A DNA stretch of 64,000 nucleotides from the human T2T-CHM13v2.0 reference genome, Homo sapiens. Shown piece after piece: positions 38,596-51,631 of the stretch. The number at the start of each line of letters is the position of its first letter. The first letter of the stretch is position 1. The translations under genes and the position numbers were made by a program. The notes under the pieces were generated by a model, which saw only the letters and a program-made list of their open reading frames with translations, did not search any database and was not told the origin of the DNA. Location of the stretch: NCBI RefSeq assembly GCF_009914755.1, contig NC_060934.1. One strand, written 5' to 3'.

Positions 38596-39400
38596 CAGTA
38601 GTTCTCCTTTATTCAAGTGCTTGCTTTCCATGGTTTCAGTTGCCTACACTCAACTGTGTTCCAAAATTATTAAATGGATAATTCTAGAAATAAACAAGTC
38701 ATAAGTTTCAAATTGTGTGCCATTCTGAGTAGCATGATAAAATCTGTTACACCTCTCCATTCCTTTTTTATCACAAGAATAAGGATGAGTACAGTACTAT
38801 AAGGTATTTTAAGAGACAGACTACATTCACATAACTTTTATTACAGTGTATTGTTATAACTGTTCAATCTTATTATTAGGGTTGTTAATCTCTTACTGCC
38901 TTTAATTTATAAATTAAACTTTATCCCAGTGTACTAGTCTGTTTTCATGCTGCTGATAAAGACATACCTGAGACTGGGCGATTCACAAAAGACAGAAGTT
39001 TAATGGACTTACAGTTCCACATGGCTGGAGAGGCCTCACAATAATGGTGGAAGGCAAGGAGGAGCAAGACATGTCTTACATAGATGGCAGCAGGCAAAGA
39101 GAGAGAATTTGTGCAGAGAACTCCTCTTTATAAAACCATCAAATTTTGTGAGACTTATTCACTGTCACTAGAACAGCACCAGAAAGACTTGCCCTCATGA
39201 TTCAATTACCTCCCACTGGGTCCCTCCCTCAATACATGGGAATTCAAGATGAGATTTAGGTGGGAACACAGTCAACCATATCACACAGTTATATAAGTAT
39301 AGGAAAAATGTAGTATAAATAGGGTTCAGTATTATCCATGGTCTTAGGCATCCACTGGGGGTCTTGGGATATATTGTCTGTGGATAAGAGGGGACTAATG
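38596..39400 (+). mobile_element. MER44B (Tigger7 derivative) interrupted by a THE1A LTR
   Basis: TA-cagtagttctcctttatt...ggataagaggggactaatg-TA termini; internal acattcacataacttttattacagt. Confidence 0.87.
38930..39283 (-). mobile_element. THE1A solo LTR
   Basis: tgtactagtctgttttcatgctgctgataaagacatacc...ccatatca; ggaggagcaag and gggaattcaagatgag diagnostics; TSD cccag/cacag. Confidence 0.92.
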
Positions 39401-39676
39401 TATTTTCATTTCTCTGGGGGTGGGGGCAAACAAAACTCATAGAATGGATAGATTATGGTGCCTCCTACACCTACCCAACCAAGTGAAACCAGCATTTTAC
39501 ATCAGAGTACCTTATTTTCACTGAACACAGATATTGGCATATTGTATCCTGTCACCCCTGCATAGAATTTTCTAAATTAGAAGAGATGGATACATCTATT
39601 TTGCTCTTTGATTGTGAACTTTAAAGTGTATGTTTGGAGAGAACCACTCTAAAGAGAAAACATCTAGAGTGGGAGA

Positions 39677-40912
39677 TGACAATCTTAAACTTCACCCAAA
39701 TCCAGTGACCCTGAAAAAAAAAATGAAGGTTAAGAAACTCCCCCACCCGACTGTAAACTAGTTCAGCCATTGTGGAAGTCAGTGTGGCGATTCCTCAGGG
39801 ATCTAGAACTAGAAATACCATTTGACCCAGCCATCCCATTACTGGGTATATAGCAAAGGACTAGAAATCATGCTGCTACAAAGACACATGCACACGTATT
39901 TTTATTGCGGCACTATTCACAATAGCAAAGATTTGGAACCAATCCAAATATCCAACAATGATAGACTGGATTAAGAAAATGTGGCACATATACACCATGG
40001 AATACTATACAGCCATAAAAAATGATGAGTTCATGTCCTTTGTAGGGACATGGATGAAATCGGAAATCATCATTCTCAGTAAACTATCGCAAGGACAAAA
40101 AACCAAACACTGCATGTTCTCACTCATAGGTGGGAATTGAACAATGAGAACACATGGACACAGGAAGGGGAACATCACACTCTGGGGATTGTTGTGGGGT
40201 AGGGGGAGGGGGGAGGGATAGCATTAGGAGATATACCTAATGCTAAATGACGAGTTAATGGGTGCAGCACACCAGCATGGCACATGTATACATATGTAAC
40301 TAACCTGCACATTGTGCACATGTACCCTAAAAGTATAATAATAAAATAATAATAATAAAAAGAAACTCCCCCACCCTTTTGTATTCCAGAGAATGGCTTA
40401 CTGCAAAGAATCACCCTTTCCCATACAACTTAGATAAGACCCACAGATGGATCCCTTTTTTATCTATGAAAAGATCAGACACAGATCCTCCAAATTCACA
40501 TTGTTGCCTCATAAATGATTGGCTAAACTGTTTTTTCTCCACTGATTAACTGGAACAAAATAGATTTTAACCAATTTCGGTTAAGTTTCTCTCTTTCTGC
40601 CACATCTCTAAACTTTGACCCATCTTCAGCCTGAATCAGTGTAGCAATTCTCCGGAGATTAGGTAGGCCGCAGAGTAAAACTTTCTCTGCTCTATGATGC
40701 AGCCAATCATGCCACCCTTTCATGCCACATATAACCTTACCTACTTCTCCCTAGAAAAGACATACCCTTTTTGCCTAACCCTTGTGAGGCTGGCAGATAT
40801 TATGGTCATAGTTTTTTTCTCTATTTTAATAGTCCCTTTCTTCACCTCACAATAATTCTTTTGAATAGGGTCTCTCTTTGCTAAATCCAGATTCCTCTTT
40901 TTGACTTTGAAA
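39677..40912 (+). mobile_element. ERV1-class solo LTR (MER67/MER31 group) interrupted by L1
   Basis: aatggcttactgcaaagaatcaccctt...acttagataagac...cagacacagatcctccaaatt...gcctcataaatgatt; boundaries approximate. Confidence 0.7.
39749..40359 (+). mobile_element. 5'-truncated L1PA3-like insertion
   Basis: Young L1 ORF2 end and 3' UTR; perfect 17-bp TSD aagaaactcccccaccc at 39732-39748 and 40360-40376. Confidence 0.95.
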
Positions 40913-41389
40913 ATGAAGGCCACAGCCAAGGAAAGTCAGAGGCAAGGAAGGACAAGAAGTAAAAGAGGATGTCTTGGTGGGGTTGAATCCATTGCTCAAT
41001 TCTGGAGGCCCTACTTTATGCAGCCCTACAGTTGTCTAACCCACAACCTTTGACTTTAGCATGGAGTTCATGCTCTGATAGCTTTCAACTAAAGCAGCCA
41101 TTCTCTCCTCTCCCCAGCTCTTTTCTTTCTCTGTTGATACAGATAATATTTTGTATTTGAGGGTCTGAAACTTTTCAAAATTCAAATGTCATGGATTGAA
41201 ACTACTGTCCTTGCACAGAGTGTGAGAATCAGGTGGTGTGGGGGGAAGTGCTAATAATGGTCTATGATCCCCAGAAAGCAACCTATGTTCTAATGTAATT
41301 TCTACATTCATATTAAAATTTAGAGATGATTTTATGTTAATAACTCATCTGCAAAAGTGCAAATATATGTGGCTATATATAATGTATAT

Positions 41390-41612
41390 GAAGCAGTATG
41401 ATAAAGTAAGGAGATATGTCTCATGTAGCAATGCAAATTTGAGTTTAAATCCCTGTTGTGTAATTTTTTTCTAAATAGCTTCTGCATCTATAAAAGAAAA
41501 TATATCTCCTTTATTAAGAGATTGTTGTGATAACTACATGAGATAATACTGACACGTTTTACATAGAACTCGATCCATAATAAGTACTGAATAAACAATA
41601 TTTGCTACTACC
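41390..41612 (+). mobile_element. MIR
   Basis: gcagtatgat...gagtttaaatccc...catctataaaa...gattgttgtga...atgagataatac...taagtactgaataaa. Confidence 0.7.
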
Positions 41613-41769
41613 ATTTACATTCTAAGTTTAAGAGTAGCATTCAGAAATAAGAGAGGATATAATTTCCTTGAGAAGAATGCCCTTGATAATCTCTGGTCCT
41701 TCCATAGAGATAATAAAAGTTAGAGAAAGGACAAATGGGGAGCTTTTCTTTTTTATTCATCTCATATTT

Positions 41770-42065
41770 AAACTTTGTAATCACCTTTGGATTCTCTCTT
41801 ATTAACCACCTCTAACTTATCTTCCCCCATCCATGCAATATTTACTGGATCTATTTCAGGTCTGTGTCCAAAACTTTAGTTTTCTACTCTTTGAGTTCAA
41901 TGTCACATTACTTGTCTCTCAAATGGATTTCACAATAGTCTCCTATTTGGTCCTTTTCAAGTCAGATTTTGCTTTCACACACTCCACTGAATGTGCTCTC
42001 TTCTTAATAAAAAATCTACAAGCATTCCTCTATTACTTTAAAATCATTTCAGAAATCTTAAGAAT
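41770..42065 (+). mobile_element. L2 fragment
   Basis: ttggattctctctt...catccatgcaat...caatagtctcctatttggtcc. Confidence 0.5.
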
Positions 42066-42349
42066 AGGACTCTGTTTCAGATAAGGGTAAAATTCTGGAC
42101 TTCAAGTAAAACATGAAAACTAGATTAAATTTCAGGTTATTGTTTCTCACAGGGGAAATATGATGGGAGGATTGTGCTTTACATATCCTTGGAAAGATGT
42201 TTGCCTTGGGATGTTTTTTACCCAAAACGGTGACTATAGTTATGTTACCTGCGACTCAATATGCATTCTTCTTTTCTTCTTCACTAGTATTACTTCAGTT
42301 TGGTCAGGGGCTGGCAATTTTTTCAATTTAAAATTTCATTTCCTAGATT

Positions 42350-42740
42350 TACATTTCCATGAAACTAAGTTTCCAAGTGGAAACTTCCAGTTTCCTGGAG
42401 AGGAAGTCCTTTGGAGAGAGTTTTGTTTTCTTTATGTAGACACCACCACTCTTTCCTTCTTGCTGCTTCCACCTTCCTCATAATGTCTGAAATTAAGGTC
42501 TGGGGTTTTGAGATACAGGAACTATTTTGCAACCATGAAACAAGTCACACATTGAAGATGGCACAGTTGAAAGAGAGAAGCTGATACTAGGACATTTGTG
42601 ATAGCATCAAGCCACTGCATCACCCAGAGCTGCCCACTCCAGAGTTCATTCAACTATACAAAACAAACCTTTATTTGATAAAGCTACCATCTCTGAAGGT
42701 TTTCTTTTCATGCATTTTATCTGAATACCAATTGTGATAG
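42350..42740 (+). mobile_element. MLT1-family LTR
   Basis: ctattttgcaaccatga...gaagatggcacag...gagctgcccactccagag...aaacctttatttgataaagctac. Confidence 0.65.
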
Positions 42741-43073
42741 GATGCCCAAATAGTTTTCACCTTTTCTCCAACATTTATACTAAGCTCAACTCTGAACACT
42801 GCGATGATAGAAATTTAAAACTTGAGAGAGCTTATCTCAGCCTCTCAATACTTCCCTTATTTTAAAAGTTTTAATGGAAAAATTTCAAACATATATTTAA
42901 AAATAGTAAATACTATGAAATGCAGTCACTTATCCATTGCCCAAACTCAAGATTATCAGCTTACGACCACCCTTGTTGTATCCATAACTTTACCCGTTCT
43001 GTATTATTGTACATAGAGAGGGTAATGTATGCCTAAACACATTATCACATTACCAAGGAACACTTATTAACCC

Positions 43074-46000
43074 ACGCCTCACTGCAGTGCACTCTCCTGC
43101 AGTCCCCTGGCACTGGACCATAGTGCTTTTGTTGGCAGCACTTGTGGGAGTGTTACTGCCAGTGGACTTGGAATATCTTGGCCTTTCCAGCACATCAAGC
43201 AATTGACCTCAAGGGGCCAGAGAACAAAGCCACATCCTGGTCCAAGCCATCCAGGGTTAGAGCAGGAAGCCCAGGAGTGCTGAGCTTAGCTTTAGTCCCC
43301 TGAAAGCATAAAGAAAGAAAGCCAATTGACTAAACCCAATTTGTACCACAGGAAAAAAAAAAAAACCCTCAAGGGCACCAAACAATATAAAAGCACAAAT
43401 CCCCATCCAAAGGAAAGAAACTTCAAAGATTAAAAGAACATTAGCCCCCACAGCTGAGAAAGAACCAGCACAAGAATTCTGGTGACTATAAAACCCAGAG
43501 TGTCTTTTTACTTCTAAATGACTGCACTAACTCCCCAGCAATGGTTCTCATGCAGATTGAAATGGCTAAAATGACAGACATAGAATTTGGAATCTCGATG
43601 ACATGTAACCTCAGGAAGATACAGGAGAAGGTTGAAACCAAATCCAAAGAAAGCAGCAAAACAATCCAATATTTGAAAGATGGTACAGCTATTTTAAGAC
43701 AGAACCAAACTGAACCTCTGGAAATAAAAAGTTCACTACAGCAATTTCAGAATATGATTGGAAACAATAATAAAGCATTAATAATAGAATGGACCAAGCT
43801 GAGGAAAGAACCTCCAGGGCTTGAAGACTGTACCTTCTAATTAATGCAGGCCGAAAAAAATAAAGAAAAAATAATTAAGAAAATGAACAAAACTTTTGAT
43901 AAATATGAGATTATGTAAAGAGACCAAGTCTATGACTCATTGGCATTCCTGAAAGAGTTGGAGGGAGAGCAAAAAATTTGGAAAATATATTTGAGAATAT
44001 TGTCTATGAAAATTTCTCCAACTTGCTAGAGGGGGTGACATGACAATTTAGGAAACTCAGAGAACCCCAGACAGAGAATATATAAGATGACTATCGCCAA
44101 GATATATAGTCATCAGATTCTTCTAGGTTAACATGAAAGAAAAAAAATATTAAAGGAAGCTATACAGAGGGGAAGGCAACATAAAAAGGGAACCCAATTA
44201 GGCTAACAGTGGACATTTCAGCAGAAACTTTACAGGCCAGAACAAACTGAGGTCCTATATACAGCATACTTAAAGAAAAGAAATTCCATCTAAAAATTTC
44301 ATATCCAGCCAAACTAAGCTTCATAAGTGAAGGATGAATAAAATCTTTTTCAAATAAACAAATGTTAAGGGAAATTGTAACCACCAGACCTGCCTTACAA
44401 AAGGTCCATCAGGGAGTGGCAAACATGTAAAGAAAAGAATACCTGCTAATACAAGAATGCACATAAGTACATACTGCACTGACACTACAAAGGAACTATA
44501 CAATTCACTCTACATTAATAAACAGCTAACAACACTGTGATGACATAAAACCCTCACATATCAATATTGACCTTGGATGTAAATGGGCTAAACACAGAAT
44601 GGCAAGTTGGATAAAGAAGCAAGACCTAATGGTATGCTATCTTCAACAGAACCATCTAACATGCAATGAAACCCATAGGCTCTAAGTAAAGGAATGAAGA
44701 AATATCTATCAAGGAAATGAAAAACAGAAGAGGCAAAGGGTCCTATTCTTATTACAGACAGAACAGTCTTTAAACCTACAATTATTAAAAAAAAGATGAA
44801 GAAGTACATTACATAATGATAAAAGATTCAATTCAGCAAGAAGACTTAACTATCTGTAATAGTCTGTTCTTGCACTGCTATAAAGAAATACCTGAAACTG
44901 GGTAATTTATAAAGAAAAGAGGTTTAATTGGCTCATGGTTCCACAGGCTATACAGGAAGCACGGCTGGGAGGGCCCAGGAAACTTTCAATCATGATGGAA
45001 GGGGAAGTAGGCACTTCCTCACATGGCCAGAGGAGGAGAGAGAGTGAAGGGGTAAGTACTACACACTTTTAAACAACCAGATCTCATGAGAACTTACTCA
45101 CTATCACTAGAACAGCAAGGGAGAAATCCGCTCCCATGATCCAATCACCTTCCACCAGGCCCCTCCTCCAATATTGGGGATTACAATTCAACATGAAATT
45201 TGGGTGGGGACAAGAATCCAAACCATATCACTATTCTAAGTATGTAAGCAGCCAACAATGGAGCATCTAGATTAATAAAACAAGTACTTAGAAACCTCTG
45301 AAGAGACTTAGATAAACATACAATGATAATAGGAGACTTCAATACCCCAATGACAGTATTAGACAGATCACTGAGGTAGAAAACTAGCAAAGATATTTGG
45401 GTTCTAGAGTCAACACTTGACCAAATGCACCTAACAGACATCTACAGAACACTCCACACAATAACAATGGAAAATGCATCCTTCTCATCTGAACACAGAA
45501 TGTACTCTAAGATCAACCACATGCTCAGCTATAAAGCAATTCTCAACAAATTCAAAAAAAGCAAAATTATACCAACTGCCCTCTCAGACAATAGTGCAAC
45601 AAAAATAGAAATCAATACCAAGAACATCTCTTAAAACCATAAAACTATATGGAAATTAAACAACTTGCTCCTGAATGACCTTTGAATAAACAATAAAATT
45701 TAGGCAGAAATAAAAAAAATTATTTGAAACTAAGGAAAACAAAGATACAATATGCCAGAATCTCTGGGACACAGCTAAAGCATTGTTAAGAGGAAGGTTC
45801 ATAGGACTACATGCATCAATCAATAAGTTAGAAAGATCTCAAATTAACTATCTAGCATTACACCAAGAGGAAGTAGGAAAAAAAGATCAAACCAACCTGA
45901 AAGCTAGCAGAAGTAAAGAAATAACCAAATTAGAGCTGACCAGAATGACATTGAGATGTGAAAATTCACACAAAAGAAAAACTACGGAAAGCAGTTTGGT

Positions 46001-46579
46001 GATTTCTCAAAGAACTTAGAACTAACATTTGACCCAGAAATCCCATTACTGGGTATACACACAAAGCAACATAAATCTTTCTACCAAAAAGACACATGCG
46101 CACATATGTTCATTGCAGCAGTATTCACTACAGCAAAGAAATGGAATCAGCCCAGATGCCCAACACCAGTGCACTGGATAAAGAAAAGATGATACATATA
46201 CAGCATGGAATACTATGCAGCCATTAAAGAAAAACAAAACAACATTCTTTGCAACAACATTAAAGCAGTTGGAGGTCATTATATTAAGCAAATAACCACA
46301 GAAACAGAAAATCAAATACCACATGTTTTCACTTATAAGTGGGAGCTAAACATTGAGTTCACAAGGACACAAAGATGGGAACAATAAAAACAAGGGCCTA
46401 CTTGAAGGGGGAGGGAGGAGGGCAAAGGTCAAATAACTATCTATTGGGTACTGCACTCACTACCTTGGTGACAAGGTTATTTGTTCACCAAACCACAGTG
46501 ACATGCAATTTACCCATGTAATAAACCTGTACATGTATCCCATGAACCTAAAAGTTGAGAATAGAAAAAAACAAAAACA
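43074..46579 (+). mobile_element. L1PA15/16-like element: partial 5' UTR, decayed ORF1, ORF2 with a large internal deletion near 45975, 3' UTR
   Basis: ORF1 remnant (EMAKMTDIEF...KIQEKVE); endonuclease remnant (HLTDIYRTLH...SKINHML); L1PA15/16-type 3' UTR; TSD core tattaaccc at 43065-43073 and 46580-46588. Confidence 0.88.
44855..45230 (-). mobile_element. MSTA solo LTR inserted in L1 ORF2
   Basis: tgtaatagtctgttcttgcactgctataaagaaatacc...atccaaaccatatca; TSD ctatc/ctatt. Confidence 0.92.
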
Positions 46580-46656
46580 TATTAACCCCCAAATGATTTA
46601 CTGTCACTTAGGAGAGGACAGGGGTCTAGGATATGATGATTCACCAAAGGTTCCAT

Positions 46657-46932
46657 AGTCAGGCCCGGTGGTTCACAGGTGTAACCCCAGCACTTTGGGA
46701 GGCTGAGGTGAGCAGATCACTTGAGGTCAGGAGTTCAAGACCAGCCTGGCCAATGTGGTGAAACCCTGTCTCTACTGAAAATACAAAAATTAGCTGGGTA
46801 TGGTGGTGCACGCCTGTAATTCCAGCCATTCAGGAAGATGAGGCAGAAGAATCACTTGAACCCAGGCAAGAGAGGTTGCTGAGATCATGCCACTGCACTC
46901 CAGCCTGGGCAACAGAAGTGAGACTCCATCTC
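46657..46932 (+). mobile_element. AluS (Sx/Sz-like) lacking a poly(A) tail
   Basis: Two arms ending agactccatctc, directly abutting L1 sequence. Confidence 0.93.
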
Positions 46933-47354
46933 ACTTGGAACCAACTCAAATGCCCATCAATGATAGACTGGATAAAGAAAATGTGGCACATATACACCAT
47001 GGAATACTATGCGGCCATAAAAAAGAATGAGTTCATGTCCTTTGCAGGGACATAGATGAAGCTGGAAACCATCATTCTCAGGAAACTAACACAGGAACAG
47101 AAAACCAAACACCACATGTTCTCACTCATAAGTGGGAGCTGAACGATGAGAATACATGGACACAGGGAGGGGAACATCACACAATGGGGCCTGTCAGGGG
47201 GTGGGAGGCAAGGGAAGGGATAGCATTAGGAGAAATACCTAATGTAGATGAGTTGATGGTACAGCAAACTACCATGGCGCATGTATACCTATGTAACAAA
47301 TTTGCATGTTCTGCACATGTATCCCAGAAATTAAAGTATAATAATAAAAAAAAA
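46933..47354 (+). mobile_element. L1PA7-like 3' end with poly(A)
   Basis: acttggaaccaactcaaatgcccatc...ggagaaatacctaatgtagatga...aaagtataataataaaa. Confidence 0.92.
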
Positions 47355-48099
47355 AAAGGTTCCACAAGGTACAAGCAAGGGTGATCATAATGGAACACTT
47401 TCACGTTGGATATCCAAAGGTATAGGAATAAAAAAGATTTGAGAATATTGGGAAATAAAAAAAAGATGATATTCAGAACAGACTAAATTATCTCTCTAAT
47501 TTGGCATAAACAGTCTGCAAAACAAGGGTGTTTTGTTAATTCACAACTTGTAAAATAAACACCACATTATTCCATCTAAAGTGATAATTGATTTCCACAG
47601 TGTTAAACCAACAACTTTGAAAAGAATTTCATAGTCCAGTCTGATGCCAGAATCCTTATGCTTCTTTCTACTTTTTGATCAGTGTATATTTTGTAAACAT
47701 ACACAATGACAAATGACAGCAAAGATCACTATTTTACATTCTCCCTTCTACTCTTCTACTTCTCCATTTTTAATTTGTTCTTTAATATGAAGTTCTTAAA
47801 CTCATTATTTAAAGATATCCAATGCTATGAAAATTTGATGTGTATAATTCTCCATGATTATACATATAAAAGTATATAATTATATATGATTTGTTTTATT
47901 TGATTTTTAAATAAGTAATATTCTATACATATTAGTCTATGGCTTGGTTTTTAATGTGTTATGATAATTCCCCCAAGGGTAAGAAAATACTTGTATTTTC
48001 CAATTTTTGCATGCATGCATGCATATCCATCTGTAATTATAAATGAATCAGTGTAAATAACACATGCTAGATTGCTCTTCTTAATATAATATGTTAGCT

Positions 48100-48190
48100 G
48101 TTCTTTTTTCCTTCTTTTCTCCTGTTTTTCCTTTTCCTCCTCCTTCTCCTCCCCTTTCCTCTCTTCCTCCTCTGTCTTTATCTTCTTTGA
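48100..48190. repeat. Pyrimidine-rich low-complexity tract
   Basis: Direct reading. Confidence 0.8.
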
Positions 48191-48229
48191 TCAGACCACT
48201 CCCTTCTTCTGGCTAACAAGTGTGGAATG

Positions 48230-48925
48230 AGAATGCTTAAATTCAAACATTTGGTCAAGCAGATATGTTGCCTAGAGCAAGATAACATTTCCTCACTTGT
48301 AAAATGAGGATAAGCATAGGCCCTACATTTGAGGTTTTGGTATTAGAATATATATTCATATACAAAAATGTTTAATATAATGCTTGGCACATAAAGAGAC
48401 TATAATCAGTGTAAGCAGTTATTAACTACCCTGCTTATCTTTCCAGCCATTCTATTTATATTTTTCACTTGTTTCGCAGTGTTTCAGTTATAACAGCCTT
48501 TTCTCTCTTCCTTAAATAGGCCAAACTTTCTCTTGCCTTAGGGCTTTTGCACTGGTTGTTTCACCCTTAGGTATTTTACTATGAACTTACTTACGCATCT
48601 TTTTCTGCTTCTTTTTGCCCTCTAAAGTACTATATATAAGTTCTATAAAAGTTGGAATCTGGTTTGTTGTGTTCTACACTGTGTCTCTACAGCCTAATAT
48701 CATGCATGACACAGAGTTTATGGTTTAACATGTACTTGTTGGATGACTGTAAAATTCCATTTGATATTTAGTATCAGAGTAACCCATAAAGATAGGTATT
48801 ATTTCCTCAATTTTATAAATAATAAAAGTACAACAATGAGGCTTAATGCTTTATTGATAGTTAAGCTGTTGAATTGGGCTTGAATGCAGTTTCCTTTTCT
48901 GTGTGTTGTATTCTTTCCACTGTTT
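48230..48925. mobile_element. Cluster of MIR (+, about 48230-48425), L2 3' end (+, about 48430-48750) and MIR (-, about 48780-48925)
   Basis: tttcctcacttgtaaaatgaggata; gcctaatatcatgcatgacacagag...tgttggatgactg; taggtattatttcctcaattttataaat. Confidence 0.65.
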
Positions 48926-49327
48926 CCTATGTGTTATGCATTTTTAAAATACACAGAAAATTAGCTTTATGAGATTGTAAATCTCTTCGAATCATGCATT
49001 TTACTGTCTCTATGTAAAAATTATAAGCTCACAATAAGTACATAATATGCATTTTTTATTACTAATGATTTTCTTCCCTTCATGGGTTTATGCTTTTTCT
49101 AAATGTAAAATATTTGTCTAATACATATATGTAAAATACATAGTATGTGTAAAATATCCTTTTCTAAGCTTGCTATAAAATCTTACTTGTTTATTTAGGT
49201 GTTGATAGTTAAAATTAATTTGGCAATAGGTATGCAGGGGATGTCTCTGAAACCCTTGGAAGACATTGATGGTTTCTGAACTTCAACTGGTGTAGCAGAT
49301 TGAAGGCAAATCCCAGGCCAAATATAC

Positions 49328-49334
<7 letters not shown>

Positions 49335-49374
<40 letters not shown>
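49335..49374. repeat. (TG)20 microsatellite with TA-rich flanks
   Basis: Direct reading. Confidence 0.97.
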
Positions 49375-49375
<1 letters not shown>

Positions 49376-49899
49376 TTATATATATTTATATATAATATAT
49401 AAAATATTATATAATATATACATGTTTTATATTATATATATATAAGGCATAAGACAACACAGAGAGAATATGTTTAATACGACAGCAATTTAGAAGTAGG
49501 AAACAGTCATTGCTTGTGAAATAAGGGAGGCTATGGTAGTTGCTGTGCTGAGCAATAATGACCAAGTGAACATAAGTGGGATATTGCAGCCAGAAATAGG
49601 AACAAAAACAGAATAGATAGAATATTTAAAAAAAAAACTTGAAAGCTACTGCTTAGAATGGGCTTGACTCACATAGCTGTACTGAGGTGAAACTAAACCA
49701 AGAGATCTTTGGAAATTTTCTCCCGAGACATACAAGAATTTACCTAGCAATATACAGTATGCACCCTTTAAATCATCAGGCTGGCAAAATCATGGTTTGT
49801 GTAATACTTGACATTGAAAGTTAACCCCTTCTTTTATTTATAATTAGAGACAAATGAAGAACTATGTAGAATGTGAGGCAACAAGAGGTGTTTAGATTG

Positions 49900-50730
49900 T
49901 TCTTTCAACACTTAAAGACCTGGAATGTCTGGTCCTTTTTCTCCACTTTTACTGTAATAAAGGCAGTCCAAATTCTCATCATTTAACCCCTGAATGAAAA
50001 CAGGATCCCAACAACTTGTTCCCCTGATGCCTGAGGCCAATGCACAGTGTCCGGAATTTTCCTCTTAAATGTGAACTGACCGTGGTGGTCCAATCCTAAA
50101 ATCTCACTTCAGGCTCCTAGTGAAGAACTGTTAGTTCTTAGCTAACATCACGTTTCTCTTGGACAGCTCACATATTCATAGTTGTCTTCTAATCTTAAAA
50201 TACACATAAATTCACTCAGCAAGCTTGTAAAAATGTACATATTTGGACCTCAAATTCAAAGATTCTAATTCCATATTTCTTGGATGTGACTTGGCAATTT
50301 ACTTCTAAACACATGCTCCAGCAAGTGAAATAAATGACTATATAGGCATGAAGAACTACTTAGATGCCCTAAACACCCTGCTATTTTACAACTATTTGCC
50401 AAGAACATCTTCCCTGCCAACTTGGTCTTTTTGTCTTGGAAAATTGCTACAAATTCCTCACAACCCTGTTCAGGTATTGTTCAGGTACTGATCACTTCTC
50501 CAAGCTTTCCATTATTCCTCCTTCCCTCCACTAGATGGTTAATAGATTCCTTCTCTATATCAATTCTGTGCCTTGCAGATACTTATTTTACTGCCTATTT
50601 TATATTTTGGCTTTATTGTCATCTTCACAAATAAAGCGTAACCTCTTGAAGGGTTGAAAATTACTTTTGGTATTAGTGGTTAGCAAACTACTTGGCACAT
50701 GTTAATGAAGAATTAATAATTGCTGAATTT
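49900..50730 (+). mobile_element. L2 remnant interrupted by a MER5A-like element (about 50180-50360)
   Basis: L2-like caggtactgatcacttctccaagctttcc...ctcttgaaggg...ttggcacat; MER5-like aagattctaattcca...gaagaactact. Confidence 0.55.
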
Positions 50731-51631
50731 AGCATTTTTACACTGACCCTAAGAGTAAGGACCAAGTTCTGGTTCTATCACTTTTGTTCAGCTAATTATA
50801 TGTAGAGATACAGATATACATATACATATATACATATATAAATTTGAACACAGGGTTCTCCTAACACACATCTTAATAGGTACAGAGGAGAAAGATCTTG
50901 GATGTTTGAAAAGGTAGAGTTGCCATTTTCTCTCTGTACTCTCTCTGTACATGATTTTTGGATTGAGAATATATCTAGAATGTCACCAACAATAAATAAA
51001 CTATGCTGGGAAAATCATTTATAATAGACAGATTTATAATGTCAATTATTAACATACTGCAGACTTTTTCAAATAGGGGAGTTCACTTGGAAATTTAAAA
51101 AATGCCAGCTGGTCGGTTCTGAGATCACAGAAATGAAGATTCCTTTGCAATAAAAAGAATCACTTTGTTTTTTTGTTTTTTTCCTAAATCTCCACTTCTG
51201 CTTATAGTGACTGTACCCAAATCAAGGAGTTATAAATATTAATCTGGTAACTTCAAATTGAGAATTCATAGCCACTAAAATGGGTTGCCTTAAGAAAAAT
51301 CTTTTTTCCATCATCCAAGGTCATATGCCTCTTATCAAAGGAACTACACATATATTACAAAGTTATTTTCAGTTTTTCTCATGAATTTCTATGTATACAC
51401 AGGTCTCTGTATGTAGCTAATAACATACTTAGGGCAAAATGAAAGAAAGGAAGGCAATATTTCCCATGCTCCTAAGTTAAAAACCCTATTTGTCTGTGTG
51501 TAATATGGAAATATTTACATATTATCTGTACAGATTTGATCATATGCCAAAACATGTCCCCCTTCAAGTTCTATCTGCTTTGGACATCCAAATACAATTC
51601 AAATAACTTTCAACAGTTTTACATGTAATGA

